Assembly (NCBI GenBank): GCA_965222605.1
Contig: OZ244960.1
Span: 4,384,001 to 4,448,000, forward strand
Direction: 5' to 3'
From: Candidatus Latescibacterota bacterium
GTDB taxonomy: Bacteria; Latescibacterota; UBA2968
DNA length: 64,000 nt
Positions 18,559 to 29,456 of the stretch are shown here, one piece after another; positions within the stretch are counted from its first letter, which is position 1; the number at the start of each line of letters is the position of its first letter. Below the pieces are notes generated by a model, which had not been told where the DNA came from, did no database searches, and worked only from the letters and a program-made list of their open reading frames with translations. The translations under genes and the position numbers were made by a program.

Positions 18559-19304
18559 GTGCGCGATCAGACATTGGGGTGGTGATTACCACACACAATT
18601 ACGGGCATTATCTTGCCGCGTGTTTGGAATCGGTTTTGTCACAGACGCTTTTGCCTCGCCAGGTGGTGGTGGTTGACGATGCGAGTGAAGACAATGCGGC
18701 AGATGTTGTAGCAGCTTTTTCTGATGTAGCGTATTGCCGCGTCAATTTCCGCAATGGCAACCGCGCGCGAAATTTTGGATTTTTGAAGATTTCGACTTCT
18801 TATGTCGCGTTTTTCGATGCCGATAATGTGATGATGCCGCGCTTTTTGGATGTGCTTTATGGCGCGTTGCAAGAGGTTCCCCACGCGATATTTGCTTATG
18901 GTGATCGCATTGTGTTTGCGGATGACGATACGCAGCAAGGCGAACGCGAGGTGTCTGGCCCGTTTGACGTGCGGCGATTGCGCGCCGGAAATTATATCGA
19001 TCTCGCCGCGTTGATTCGATCCGATAGATTTCCCGGATTCGACCCCGCTGTGCGCCGGTATCAGGATTGGGATTTGTGGTTGAATATTGCGCTCAAACAG
19101 GGGGGGATTGGGCAGTATGTGCCCGAGCCATTGTTCTATTATCGCGTGCATCCACACAGTGTAAGCCAGCGCGAAGACCGGGATCGGGCCATGTGGGGTA
19201 TCCGAAGAAAATACCATCTCGGATGGGGTGCGCTACCCCTGCTGCGCCATTCTTTCAGGCTTTATCAATTTGCGCGAAAGACAAAGTCCCTGTGGACGGG
19301 GTGA
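18555..19304 (+). CDS. Glycosyltransferase family 2
   Basis: HNYGHYL, VVDDASED, FFDAD, QDWDLW. Confidence 0.9.
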   Translation: MSARSDIGVVITTHNYGHYLAACLESVLSQTLLPRQVVVVDDASEDNAADVVAAFSDVAYCRVNFRNGNRARNFGFLKISTSYVAFFDADNVMMPRFLDVLYGALQEVPHAIFAYGDRIVFADDDTQQGEREVSGPFDVRRLRAGNYIDLAALIRSDRFPGFDPAVRRYQDWDLWLNIALKQGGIGQYVPEPLFYYRVHPHSVSQREDRDRAMWGIRRKYHLGWGALPLLRHSFRLYQFARKTKSLWTG

Positions 19305-19419
19305 GAGGTTGGAGGAGAATATCTGACCGTTGCCATCTTGACATGATGCGTCACAGACGTTACTTTTTTCGGGTGTGTACATATACTTAATGAAGGCATT
19401 CAGAAAAGTGGAGATTGCC

Positions 19420-22218
19420 ATGTCATTCGATATTGCTGCGATTGCAAATGCCGATTACATCGACGCGATGTATGAGAAATACCAAGAAGACCCAAATCTG
19501 GTCGATGAACAATGGCATGTATTTTTTGCGGGTTTTGATTTGGGGATGCAACGCGATGGCGTCAAAATGGCTCGGGATACGTCAAGTGAAAGCCAGGCTG
19601 AGGAAGATGCGATGGCGTTTCTCGATGCTTATGACACGTTGGAGGAATATACCCGTGCGGACGTAAATAGGCAGCAAGGGGCGATGGCTCTGGTCAATGC
19701 CTATCGCACCTGGGGGCACCTGGTCGCCGATATCGCGCCGATGAGTTATACGCGCCCACCGTATCCGCTGTTGGAGTTGTCAGAATACGGCTTTGCGGAA
19801 GAGGACCTGGATCAAGATGTCGGAAATGGCGGATTTCTCGGTCCTATGGACGGTACGTTGCGCGATCTCGTTGCAAAGCTCAGGCAAACGTATTGCGGTC
19901 CTGTGGCGGTAGAATATACCGATATTCCGTATAAGAGTCAGCACGAGTGGCTGGAACAGCGCATGGAGCCGATCTTAAATTCGCCGAAATTCAGCACAGA
20001 GCAATGCCGAGAGTTGCTGAGAAAATTGATCGAGGCGCAGGAATTTGAACAATTTTTGCACGTTAAATATATCGGAAAAAAGCGATTTTCTATTGAAGGC
20101 GGCGAAGCACTTATCCCAATGTTGCACGCGCTTATTGAAACCGGGGCTGCGTTAAATGTCGAAGAAATGGTGATGGGGATGGCGCATCGCGGCAGGCTCA
20201 ATGTGCTCACGCATATTATGCAAAAGCCCTATCCGGAGATATTCAGTGAATTTGAGGGTGTTGAGGTGGGGCGCTCCGAGGGGTCGGGCGATGTAAAATA
20301 CCACATGGGGTTCGCCCATGAGTATGTCACGCGCGATGGTCACACCGTGCATTTGGGATTGACGCCCAATCCGAGTCACCTCGAATTGGTCAATCCCGTG
20401 ATTGAGGGCATTGTTTGCACAAAGCAAGAGACAAAAGGCGATATTCAGCACGAGCATATCGTACCGCTGATCATCCACGGCGATGCCGCTTTTGCCGGGC
20501 AGGGCATTGTGCCAGAGACGATTTGCTTGTCCCATCTGGATGGCTATGATAATGGGGGTACGATTCACATTGTTGTGAATAACCAGATCGGTTTTACTGC
20601 ACTGCCTCGGGAATCCCGTTTTACAGCGTATCCAACAGATGTGGCGAAGATTGTTAAGATGCCCATTTTTCACGTCAATGCGGATGACCCCGAAGCTGTG
20701 GTCCACACGGCGCGCACGGCTATGGCCTATCGCCAGGCCGTGAAAAACGATGTGATTATCGACCTGTGGTGCTATCGCCGATACGGTCACAATGAAGCCG
20801 ACGATCCTTCTTTCACACAGCCGCTACAATCTGCCGAAATCGCCGAGCATCCAACGGTTGTCGATTTGTATGCGAGGCGTTTGATTGAGCAAAATAATGC
20901 AACAGAAGATGACGTCGATGCTATGAAGCGAACTGTGCGCGAGAAACTCGAGGCGGCATTCGTCAATGCGAAAAATCAAAAGACAAAACCGCGAAAGCCA
21001 ACATTTGGGGGCGCGTGGAAGGGATTTGGAAAGGCGGGCGCAGATCGCACGGCAAAGACCGCGGTGAGCAGAGAAAAATTGATTGATATTGCCCAAAAGG
21101 CGACGACAGTGCCCGAGGAATTTCATGCCTATCGCAAATTGGTGCGCCAACTCGATTACCGGATGCAAATGGTCCACGGCAAGGTGCGTATGGACTGGGG
21201 CTGTGCGGAGATGCTCGCGTTTGGCAGTTTGTTGGTCGATGGGTTTCCGGTGCGATTGGCCGGGCAAGATTCTCAGCGGGGTACATTTAGCCATCGACAA
21301 GCGGTTTGGCACGATATCGAAAATGGCGCGATTTATTCACCGCTGAATCATCTATCGGATGGTCAGGGAGGATTCAGGGTTTACAATACCATGCTTTCGG
21401 AATTGGCGGTGCTGGGTTTTGAGTTTGGCGTGAGTTATGCCAATCCCAATAAATTGACGATCTGGGAAGCTCAGTTTGGCGATTTTGTCAATGGCGCGCA
21501 GATGATTATCGATCAGTTTATTTCCAGTTCAGAGGCTAAATGGCACAAGATGAGCGGGCTGGTGATGCTGTTGCCGCACGGGTTTGAGGGCCAGGGACCA
21601 GAGCATTCGAGCGCGCGGTTAGAGCGGTTTCAGGCGCTGTGTGCCGAAGACAATATGCAGGTGAGTTGCCCCACGCTACCCGCGCAGTATTTTCATTTGC
21701 TGCGCCGCCAGATGCTGCGCGCATTTCGCAAGCCCCTCATTTTGATGATGCCAAAGAGTTTGTTGCGGCACAAAGGATCGACTTCGACGCTCGATGATTT
21801 GTCCGAGGGTGCGTTTTATCCCGTTTTAGACGATCCTGCACAGCCCGATCCCAGCGGGGTGAAGCGCGTTGTTTTTTGCACGGGAAAGGTCTTTTTCGAT
21901 CTCAAAGAGGGGCGAGATAAAAAGGGCGAAGAACGGCTCGCGCTGGTGCGGATTGAGGAACACTATCCCTTTCCGTGGGACGAGGTGGATGCCGTGCTGA
22001 AAAAATACGGCGATGCGGATATTTTCTGGGGGCAAGAAGAGCCGCAAAATATGGGTAGTTGGGATTTTATGGAGCCAAAACTTCGCAGGTTGCTCGATAA
22101 TCAAAAGCCGGTGCGCTATCTGGGACGAAAGCCCACGGCTGCAACGGCCACGGGTATTCAGTCGGTGCATTTGGCCGAGCAGCAAGAGATCGTGGAAATG
22201 GCTCTGGATTTTTCTTAG
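19420..22218 (+). CDS. sucA: 2-oxoglutarate dehydrogenase E1
   Basis: KRFSIEG, GMAHRGRLN, DVKYH, HGDAAFAGQG, WEAQFGDF, GQGPEHSSAR. Confidence 0.97.
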   Translation: MSFDIAAIANADYIDAMYEKYQEDPNLVDEQWHVFFAGFDLGMQRDGVKMARDTSSESQAEEDAMAFLDAYDTLEEYTRADVNRQQGAMALVNAYRTWGHLVADIAPMSYTRPPYPLLELSEYGFAEEDLDQDVGNGGFLGPMDGTLRDLVAKLRQTYCGPVAVEYTDIPYKSQHEWLEQRMEPILNSPKFSTEQCRELLRKLIEAQEFEQFLHVKYIGKKRFSIEGGEALIPMLHALIETGAALNVEEMVMGMAHRGRLNVLTHIMQKPYPEIFSEFEGVEVGRSEGSGDVKYHMGFAHEYVTRDGHTVHLGLTPNPSHLELVNPVIEGIVCTKQETKGDIQHEHIVPLIIHGDAAFAGQGIVPETICLSHLDGYDNGGTIHIVVNNQIGFTALPRESRFTAYPTDVAKIVKMPIFHVNADDPEAVVHTARTAMAYRQAVKNDVIIDLWCYRRYGHNEADDPSFTQPLQSAEIAEHPTVVDLYARRLIEQNNATEDDVDAMKRTVREKLEAAFVNAKNQKTKPRKPTFGGAWKGFGKAGADRTAKTAVSREKLIDIAQKATTVPEEFHAYRKLVRQLDYRMQMVHGKVRMDWGCAEMLAFGSLLVDGFPVRLAGQDSQRGTFSHRQAVWHDIENGAIYSPLNHLSDGQGGFRVYNTMLSELAVLGFEFGVSYANPNKLTIWEAQFGDFVNGAQMIIDQFISSSEAKWHKMSGLVMLLPHGFEGQGPEHSSARLERFQALCAEDNMQVSCPTLPAQYFHLLRRQMLRAFRKPLILMMPKSLLRHKGSTSTLDDLSEGAFYPVLDDPAQPDPSGVKRVVFCTGKVFFDLKEGRDKKGEERLALVRIEEHYPFPWDEVDAVLKKYGDADIFWGQEEPQNMGSWDFMEPKLRRLLDNQKPVRYLGRKPTAATATGIQSVHLAEQQEIVEMALDFS

Positions 22219-22230
22219 GGAGGCGCGTAC

Positions 22231-23391
22231 ATGCCTGTTGATGTGGTTTTGCCCGAATTGGGGGAGTCAGTGACCGACGCCATTCTGGTCGAGTGGTTGA
22301 AATCGGATGGCGAGGCTGTGGCGGTAGATGAACCTCTTGCGGTTATTGAAACGGATAAAGCCGATGTCGAATTGCCCGCGCCTTCGGCGGGTGTGCTGCA
22401 TACATTGAGGGCCGATGGCGACACGATTGAGGTCGGTGAGACTATTGCTACAATAGATGAGGACGGCAAGGTCGTCACAAAGGCCCCAGCACCGGAGGAG
22501 GCCGATGGTTTGAGTCCGGCAGTGCGCCGATTGGTGACAGAGCACGACCTCGATCCCGCGGCGATTACGGGTACGGGAAAAGACGGACGATTGACAAAAG
22601 AAGATGTGCTGGCGTACCTCGATTCAGTGGCCGATCCGTCCGTTTCTGAACCAGAAGCCCCTGCACCACCTCCTGCTCTCGCTGCTTCGAGCGATGGCGA
22701 GCGGCGCGAACCCATGAGTCAAATTCGCACGCGCATTGCCGAGCGTCTGGTTTCTGCACAGCAGACAGCGGCGATGTTGACGACGTTTAATGAAGTGGAT
22801 ATGAGCGGTATTTTTGATTTGCGCGCGAAATACAAAGAGATGTTCGCAGAAGTACACGGCATATCTCTGGGTTTGATGTCCTTTTTTCTTCGCGCCTGTG
22901 TTATTGCTTTGCAGGAATATCCCGATGTTAATGCCAGTATTGATGGTTCTGATATTGTCTATCGCGATTATGTCAATATGGGTATTGCAGTGGGTACAGA
23001 TCGCGGTCTTGTCGTGCCTGTTTTGAAGTCGGCAGAGCGCCTGTCTTTTGCTACTATTGAGTCCGAAATTAAGCGCGTGGCTCTCTCTGCGCGAGAGGGC
23101 AAGTTGGGTTTGGATGAGTTGAGCGGGGGTACGTTTACAATTACCAATGGCGGGGTGTTTGGGTCGCTGTTGTCAACGCCTATTCTCAACCCACCTCAGA
23201 CGGGTATTTTGGGCATGCACGCCATTCAGAGTCGGCCCATCGCCGTGGGGGATGAGGTGGTTGTTCGCCCGATGATGTATCTGGCATTGACTTATGATCA
23301 CCGCCTGATCGATGGCCAGACTTCGGTGACATTCCTGGTTCGCGTAAAAGACCTGCTCGAAGACCCCGCACGTATGATGCTGGAAGTTTGA
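22231..23391 (+). CDS. sucB: Dihydrolipoamide succinyltransferase E2
   Basis: ETDKA lipoyl site, GTGKDGR, DHRLIDG. Confidence 0.96.
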   Translation: MPVDVVLPELGESVTDAILVEWLKSDGEAVAVDEPLAVIETDKADVELPAPSAGVLHTLRADGDTIEVGETIATIDEDGKVVTKAPAPEEADGLSPAVRRLVTEHDLDPAAITGTGKDGRLTKEDVLAYLDSVADPSVSEPEAPAPPPALAASSDGERREPMSQIRTRIAERLVSAQQTAAMLTTFNEVDMSGIFDLRAKYKEMFAEVHGISLGLMSFFLRACVIALQEYPDVNASIDGSDIVYRDYVNMGIAVGTDRGLVVPVLKSAERLSFATIESEIKRVALSAREGKLGLDELSGGTFTITNGGVFGSLLSTPILNPPQTGILGMHAIQSRPIAVGDEVVVRPMMYLALTYDHRLIDGQTSVTFLVRVKDLLEDPARMMLEV

Positions 23392-23403
23392 AAGGAGCGT
23401 CTT

Positions 23404-24789
23404 GTGGCAGATAATACATTCGATCTCATTGTTATCGGTGCTGGACCGGGGGGGTATGTCGCTGCGATTCGGGCGGCGCAATTGGGCATGCGCGTGGCAT
23501 GTGTTGAGAAACAGGCATTGGGTGGTACCTGTCTGAATGTGGGTTGTATCCCGAGTAAAGCCCTTTTGGAGTCGAGTGAGTTGTTTCACCAGGCAGATAC
23601 TTCATTGCGCGTTCACGGTGTAAAGACCGGTGGTGTGGAACTGGATTTGGCGGGTATGATGAAGCGCAAGTCCAGTATTGTGCGAAGAATGACGGGCGGT
23701 ATTCGCGGCCTGTTTCGCAAGAATAAGGTGACGCATATTTCGGGGCTGGGGCGGTTGGCTGGCGATGGAAAGGTCGATGTTGGCGGGGATATTTATTCGG
23801 CAGAACGCATTTTGATTGCTACGGGCAGTTCTGCTATTGAGTTGCCCAATTTGCCTTATGACGGCGAGTATGTGATCAGTTCAACCGAGGCGTTGGCACT
23901 GGATGAGGTGCCCGAGAAAATGATTGTTATTGGCGCGGGTGCGATCGGTCTCGAGTTGGGGTCGGTGTGGCATCGCCTGGGTGCAGAGGTGCATGTGGTC
24001 GAATTTTTGGATGGGGTTACGCCTACGATGGACCGCGAATTATCCCGTGGTTTGCAGAAGGTGCTGGAGAAACAGGGGCTGAGGTTTTCGTTTGAGACGC
24101 GCGCGGAGTCGGCTGAGGTTCGCGATGGCAAAGTGGTTGTGACACTCGCTCAGGGCGATGAGACGACTTCTGAGACATGTGACCGATTGTTGGTCGCCGT
24201 TGGGCGAAGGCCAAATACCGATGGGCTGGGTGGCGAAGATGTGGGATTGGAGATGGATGACCAGGGGCGCGTTCTGGTCAATGAAGTATTTGAGACAAAT
24301 TTGCCCGGTGTCTATGCGATTGGCGATGTGATTCCCGGTCCGATGCTGGCGCACAAGGCAGAGGAAGAGGGTGTGGCTGCGGTGGAATGTATGGCGGGAA
24401 AAGCGGGGCATGTGAATTATGGCGCGATCCCCAATGTGGTGTACACGCAGCCAGAACTGGCATCGGTGGGGCTGACAGAGGAGCAGGTTGTGGCGGATGG
24501 CATTCCCTACAAGGTGGGCAAGTTTCCAATAGCTGCCAATGGTCGCGCGCATACGCTACAGGCAGTGGATGGGGAAGTGAAGATTATTGCACATGAAAAG
24601 ACGGATCGCGTGTTGGGCATTCACATTTTGGCCGCACGCGCGTCCGATATGCTCGCCGAAGGGGTTTTGGCGATGGAATTTTCCGCGAGTGCAGAGGATA
24701 TTGCGCGAACGATGCACGCACATCCCACACTTCCAGAGGCACTGAAGGAGGCCGCGTTGAATGTAGAGAATGAGGCGATTCACATTTGA
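23404..24789 (+). CDS. lpdA: Dihydrolipoamide dehydrogenase
   Basis: GAGPGG, GGTCLNVGCIP, HAHPTLPE. Confidence 0.97.
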   Translation: MADNTFDLIVIGAGPGGYVAAIRAAQLGMRVACVEKQALGGTCLNVGCIPSKALLESSELFHQADTSLRVHGVKTGGVELDLAGMMKRKSSIVRRMTGGIRGLFRKNKVTHISGLGRLAGDGKVDVGGDIYSAERILIATGSSAIELPNLPYDGEYVISSTEALALDEVPEKMIVIGAGAIGLELGSVWHRLGAEVHVVEFLDGVTPTMDRELSRGLQKVLEKQGLRFSFETRAESAEVRDGKVVVTLAQGDETTSETCDRLLVAVGRRPNTDGLGGEDVGLEMDDQGRVLVNEVFETNLPGVYAIGDVIPGPMLAHKAEEEGVAAVECMAGKAGHVNYGAIPNVVYTQPELASVGLTEEQVVADGIPYKVGKFPIAANGRAHTLQAVDGEVKIIAHEKTDRVLGIHILAARASDMLAEGVLAMEFSASAEDIARTMHAHPTLPEALKEAALNVENEAIHI

Positions 24790-24856
24790 GAAAACTTGAC
24801 ATTGTCTGTTTATATATGTTTTTTTAAAAAATCATCATCTTTAAAGGCTTAATCTA

Positions 24857-24934
24857 ATGACATCCTCTGACACGCATACATCTATCGCTCACCAGACTGT
24901 GATCGTTTTTCTGGTGAGAAAGGCCGCGTTCTGA
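24857..24934 (+). CDS. Putative leader peptide (MTSSDTHTSIAHQTVIVFLVRKAAF)
   Basis: 25-aa uORF read from the ABC-F leader; no strong RBS. Confidence 0.35.
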   Translation: MTSSDTHTSIAHQTVIVFLVRKAAF

Positions 24935-25044
24935 AGACGGGTTTACGGGATAGGTGTGTCCATGCGTGAAAGAAAAGACCTTGCCTGATTTGTTCATAAA
25001 ACAAATAAAATGAACGATTTAGGCTTGATTGTAGTTTATTTTTT

Positions 25045-25086
25045 AAGGCTGTGGCACATATTGTGACCACAGCCTTTTCTTTTTTT
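25045..25086 (+). terminator. Attenuator terminator upstream of ABC-F
   Basis: AAGGCTGTGG-CAC..GTG-A-CCACAGCCTT + T-rich tract ending just before the ATG at 25100. Confidence 0.7.
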
Positions 25087-25099
25087 GAAAGTGCGACCA

Positions 25100-26893
25100 A
25101 TGACTATTTTGGAATTACATCATATTGCAATGGCTTACGGTGCTCAGGATGTGCTGATCGATGTGTCTTTTAAGATCAATAAAGGCGAAAAGGTTGGTTT
25201 GATTGGTGACAATGGCTGCGGAAAGTCCACTATTTTAAAACTGATTGCAGGTATTGAAACACCCGTTTCTGGCACTGTGAGTAAGATAAAAGGCATATCT
25301 ACGGGGTATCTCGCGCAGCACCTGAAATTTCGGGCGGGAAGGCGTGTTGACGAAGAAATCGCCTCGGTATTTGAAGCAGTCAATCGGATGCAGCGCAAAA
25401 TGCACAAACTGGAAGCTCAAATGGCAAATGGAGCGTCCAATCAGATCAACGCGGTGATGGAACAGTACGGGCGCTTACAGGAGGCTTTTGAGCGGGCAGA
25501 TGGCTATGCTTGTCAGGCAAAAATTGATGCGGTCATAGATGGACTGGGTATAGGGGCCTGGCGCGACCAATCTGTCGATGTATTGAGTGGCGGCGAAAAG
25601 AATCTGGTGGGATTGGCAAAAATTCTGCTGGGCGAGCCAGACCTGCTGTTGCTGGACGAACCGGGCAATCACCTCGATTTTGAAGGATTGGCCTGGTTAG
25701 AGGCATTTTTGCAAAATTTGGACCGAACGGTGATTCTGGTATCACACGATCGCTATATGCTGGACCGGATTGTGAATCGGATTGTGGAAGTTGAAGATGG
25801 AAAAGCCAGCACATATATGGGCAATTATTCGGCCTACCGCACAGAAAAAATGCGTCAATTGCTCTTGCAGAAAGCGGCACACGACAACCAGCAGAAGGAA
25901 ATTCAACGGCTGGAGGATATGATCAAGCGTTTTGAATTGTGGGGCGGGGAAAAAAACATACGGCGTGCGAGAAACAAAGAAAAAATGCTGGACCGTATGG
26001 ATCGGATCCATCGGCCAGTCATGGATCGCCAACGCATTGATCCTGCATTTGGCGCGACTCAGGGCAGTGGAAAAATTGCCTTAGAGTTGCGAAATTACGG
26101 GCGCAAAGCAGGTGAGCGTACGCTGTTTCGAGATGTTGATTTGCTGGTGCAATCGGGCGACCGCGTCGGATTGGTTGGGGATAATGGGACAGGCAAATCT
26201 ATGCTCTTTAAAGACATTGTTGCCGAGGCTGCCTGGGAACACCCCACAATGCGAATCGGTCCGCGCATTCAATTGGGATATTACGCTCAAGAACACGAGA
26301 CCTTAAATGACAACCGAACCATTCTCGAAGAGATCTGTTTGTCGGGCGAGTTGAACCGCGATCAGGGGTTTGGGGTGCTATCCAGATTTTTATTTGGATG
26401 GAGTGATCTGGACAAAAAAGTCGGCAATTTAAGCGGTGGTGAAAAAAGTCGCATTCAGTTGGCCTGTTTGATGGTGTCTGGGGCCAATCTGTTGTTATTG
26501 GATGAGCCGACCAATCATCTGGATATCGCATCCCGCGAGCAGGTGGAAGATGCCCTTGAAGACTTTGACGGTACACTCATAGTGATTTCACACGATCGCT
26601 ATTTCCTCGATAAAATTGCCGAGCGGGTGATTGAAGTGCGCGACATGAATTTGGAATCCCATGCAGGCAATTTTTCAGATTTTTGGGCAAAATGGAGATC
26701 AAGTAAAACGCCGGATGGAGAGATCAATTCTGAGGTCGAAAAACAAATCGAGGCGTTGGAAGATGAGAAATTGAAACTGGAACGGGGGATGGCATCGGCT
26801 TTTGAAAAAAGAGATTTCAAGCGAGGAGATCGCCTCAGCCGCCGGTTGCGTCTGGTGGAACAGCAGATTGAAGACCTTTATGACGCTTTTTAA
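25100..26893 (+). CDS. ABC-F family ATPase (possible ribosome-protection protein)
   Basis: Two NBDs (GDNGCGKS, LSGGEK, LDEP; GDNGTGKS, LSGGEK, LDEPTNHLD), no TM segments. Confidence 0.92.
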   Translation: MTILELHHIAMAYGAQDVLIDVSFKINKGEKVGLIGDNGCGKSTILKLIAGIETPVSGTVSKIKGISTGYLAQHLKFRAGRRVDEEIASVFEAVNRMQRKMHKLEAQMANGASNQINAVMEQYGRLQEAFERADGYACQAKIDAVIDGLGIGAWRDQSVDVLSGGEKNLVGLAKILLGEPDLLLLDEPGNHLDFEGLAWLEAFLQNLDRTVILVSHDRYMLDRIVNRIVEVEDGKASTYMGNYSAYRTEKMRQLLLQKAAHDNQQKEIQRLEDMIKRFELWGGEKNIRRARNKEKMLDRMDRIHRPVMDRQRIDPAFGATQGSGKIALELRNYGRKAGERTLFRDVDLLVQSGDRVGLVGDNGTGKSMLFKDIVAEAAWEHPTMRIGPRIQLGYYAQEHETLNDNRTILEEICLSGELNRDQGFGVLSRFLFGWSDLDKKVGNLSGGEKSRIQLACLMVSGANLLLLDEPTNHLDIASREQVEDALEDFDGTLIVISHDRYFLDKIAERVIEVRDMNLESHAGNFSDFWAKWRSSKTPDGEINSEVEKQIEALEDEKLKLERGMASAFEKRDFKRGDRLSRRLRLVEQQIEDLYDAF

Positions 26894-26915
26894 ATCATAT
26901 TGTCAGCGTTATAAG

Positions 26916-26948
26916 AAAACACCGCAACAAATCTGTTGCGGTGTTTTT
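26916..26948. terminator. Bidirectional terminator
   Basis: AAAACACCGCAACA-AATC-TGTTGCGGTGTTTTT. Confidence 0.85.
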
Positions 26949-26970
26949 GGTTTCAGACCTCTTGCTCTGT

Positions 26971-27279
26971 TTATTTTTCCAGATCTTTGAGGGGTATTGA
27001 GAGGGCGTCTCGAAGTATTTTGCCGGGTTTGAATCCGACTTTGCGTCTCGCAGGCACATAGACTTCGTCGCCCGTTCGGGGATTGCGCGCGCGAGGGCGA
27101 GCATTGGTGCGTTTGACTTCCCAACTTCCAAAGCCTCGAATTTCGATCCGTTCACCTTCGATGATGGCATCTGCAAGGGTTTCAAAGAGTACATCTACGG
27201 CTTGTTTCGCCATGGTGTTTTTGCAATCGATTTCATTTGCAAGTATTTTTGCCAGGTCTGCTTTGGTGATGGTTTGCAC
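26971..27279 (-). CDS. HU/IHF family DNA-binding protein
   Basis: TKADL, IEIRGFGSW, RNPRTG, FKPGK. Confidence 0.92.
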   Translation of the reverse strand: MQTITKADLAKILANEIDCKNTMAKQAVDVLFETLADAIIEGERIEIRGFGSWEVKRTNARPRARNPRTGDEVYVPARRKVGFKPGKILRDALSIPLKDLEK

Positions 27280-27454
27280 TCGCTACCCTCCACAAAAAAT
27301 ACCAAACTCATTGAACAGTTTTATCAAAATAAGGCGTTTCAGGCGATTATCCAGAAACTGATGAAGTGATTGAACTGGTCTGGCTTGCGACCAGTTGTAC
27401 ACCTTTCGTCACAAAAAAACGGCGACCTCGCTGGATGGTCACCGCGATGATTTA

Positions 27455-27531
27455 TGGTGGGCGCACAGGGACTCGAACCCCGGACCAACGGATTATGAGT
27501 CCGTCGCTCTAACCAACTGAGCTATGCGCCC
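27455..27531 (-). tRNA. tRNA with CAT anticodon, probably tRNA-Ile2 (lysidine type)
   Basis: GGGCGCATAGCTCAGTTGGTTAGAGC..CTCATAA..GTTCGAGTC..TGCGCCCACCA, 77 nt, encoded CCA. Confidence 0.9.
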
Positions 27532-27620
27532 CAAAATTTAGTCCTGCTAATCCAACCTGAAAAGCAAAGATAAGGAACAGCGATAAGTTGTGCAACCAAA
27601 AATTGGACACTTTATGGAAG

Positions 27621-29393
27621 TTATTTTGGCTCAGCCATCGCTTTGCGCTGAGCGGTGAGGAGGCGGTGTTTTTCCAGCGTGGCGCGCAGGTCGTCGGGAG
27701 AAAGCGGTTGGCGCAATTGCTTTTCGAGTAGTTCGAGTTCTCGTTCGAGATTTTTGAGTTGAAACTGTTGAATATAATCTCGAATGGGAATATCGATGTT
27801 GGGATTCTCAATGCCTATTTCCAGAGATAGGTGGGTCAATATGCGGCTTAAGCGATCATCGTTGCACTGATTGATGAGGTGTGCGATCTCGATGGATTGT
27901 TTCTGCTGTCGGTTGCGGGCAATCATGGTAGCGATTTGCCGGTAAGCGCTATTTGTAAAGTTGTCGGGAGAAATTTGATTGAATACGCTATCGGCGGTTT
28001 CGGGATGTTGCATCAGGAAGGTGAGCAATTCGCGCTCAGAACGGGGCCGCGTATCATAAGGTTCGGGTTCTGCCTGTCCATTTTGCGATCTTGTAGAGCG
28101 GCGTTGCGTTTGGGTAATGCTAATGAGGGTTTCTTCATCTATCCCGATTTTTTCGGCGATGTCTTTGATGAGAAATTGTTTGAGCGCATTGTCTTTGATG
28201 CGTCCAACGAGTTCGGCCAATGCGTGTGCTGTTCGGGTTTTGCCATCTATGGTTGAGAGGTCGTCGCGTTGGGCAAATTGTTCCATGAGAAAGTCGATGG
28301 CGGGTGCGGCGTTTTCGGTGAGGCGCAGAAAGCCATCGGGTCCATGGGCGCGCACATAGCTGTCGGGGTCGTGGTCTTCGGGCAGGGTGACAACGCGGAC
28401 TTCGAGGCCCACTTCAAAGAGCGATCCGATACCGCGCATTGCCGCGGTTGCTCCGGCGGTGTCGCCATCAAAGATGAGTATGGTTTTGGGCGCGTAACGC
28501 CTGAGCAGACGCGCGTGGTCGGTTGTGAGTGCTGTGCCAGAGGATGCGACCGCGTTTTCAATGCCATGTTGCGTTAGGGCAATGAGGTCCATATAACCTT
28601 CAACAACGAGTGCTACACCCGCATTGCGAATGGCATCTCTATCGCGCCACAAGCCGTACAGGGTGGCACTTTTGTTGTACACAGGGGTTTCTGGAGAGTT
28701 GATGTATTTGGCCTGTTCGTTGGGATCGAGGGCGCGCGCGCCAAAGGCGACGGGGCGACCTGTGGCGGCGTGAATGGGAAAGGTGATGCGATTGCGAAAG
28801 CGGTCGTAAAAACCACCTCCTGTTTGCGTTTGGGAGACCAGACCGGCGCGTTCGAGTATTTGCGGAGAGAATCCCCGGCGGGTGGCGACTTGCAAAAAGC
28901 CATCCCACTGATCGGACGCGTAACCGAGGGAAAAGGCATCGATTACGTCGCGGTTTATGCCGCGTTTTTCGAGGTAGGCCATGGCATCGACGGCTTTCTC
29001 GTCTTGTGTGAGCAGGTGGTGAAAATATTTGATCGCGAGTTCATTGGCACGGTAGAGTTGGTCAAAGACTTCCTGCTGGTCCGGGTCTGCGGGTTTTGCA
29101 TCGGGCAAGGCTATGCCCGCGCGATCGGCGAGTTGGCGAACGGCTTCGATAAAGCTGATGTTTTCTATGTCGCGCAGAAATGTAAAGCTGTTGCCGCCCG
29201 CACCGCAGGCGAAACACTTGTAGATCTGTTTTTCTTGCGAGACGTTTAAGGAGGGTGTGGAATCGTCGTGGAAGGGACACAGGCCGACAAAGCTTTTGCC
29301 CCGGCGGGTCAGTGCAACGTGATCGCCGACAACATCGACGATGTCGATAGACAGGCGCACTTGATCGATGACAGTTTCTGGAATGCGCGGCAT
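27621..29393 (-). CDS. dnaG: DNA primase
   Basis: CPFH..CFAC Zn domain, FRNRITFPI, KYINSPET, EGYMD, DGD. Confidence 0.97.
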   Translation of the reverse strand: MPRIPETVIDQVRLSIDIVDVVGDHVALTRRGKSFVGLCPFHDDSTPSLNVSQEKQIYKCFACGAGGNSFTFLRDIENISFIEAVRQLADRAGIALPDAKPADPDQQEVFDQLYRANELAIKYFHHLLTQDEKAVDAMAYLEKRGINRDVIDAFSLGYASDQWDGFLQVATRRGFSPQILERAGLVSQTQTGGGFYDRFRNRITFPIHAATGRPVAFGARALDPNEQAKYINSPETPVYNKSATLYGLWRDRDAIRNAGVALVVEGYMDLIALTQHGIENAVASSGTALTTDHARLLRRYAPKTILIFDGDTAGATAAMRGIGSLFEVGLEVRVVTLPEDHDPDSYVRAHGPDGFLRLTENAAPAIDFLMEQFAQRDDLSTIDGKTRTAHALAELVGRIKDNALKQFLIKDIAEKIGIDEETLISITQTQRRSTRSQNGQAEPEPYDTRPRSERELLTFLMQHPETADSVFNQISPDNFTNSAYRQIATMIARNRQQKQSIEIAHLINQCNDDRLSRILTHLSLEIGIENPNIDIPIRDYIQQFQLKNLERELELLEKQLRQPLSPDDLRATLEKHRLLTAQRKAMAEPK

Positions 29394-29456
29394 GTAAGGA
29401 ACTCCCCGGGGAGAGGAGATGGAAGCTGTAAATGGGGGCGGTTTGGGGGACCGCTT

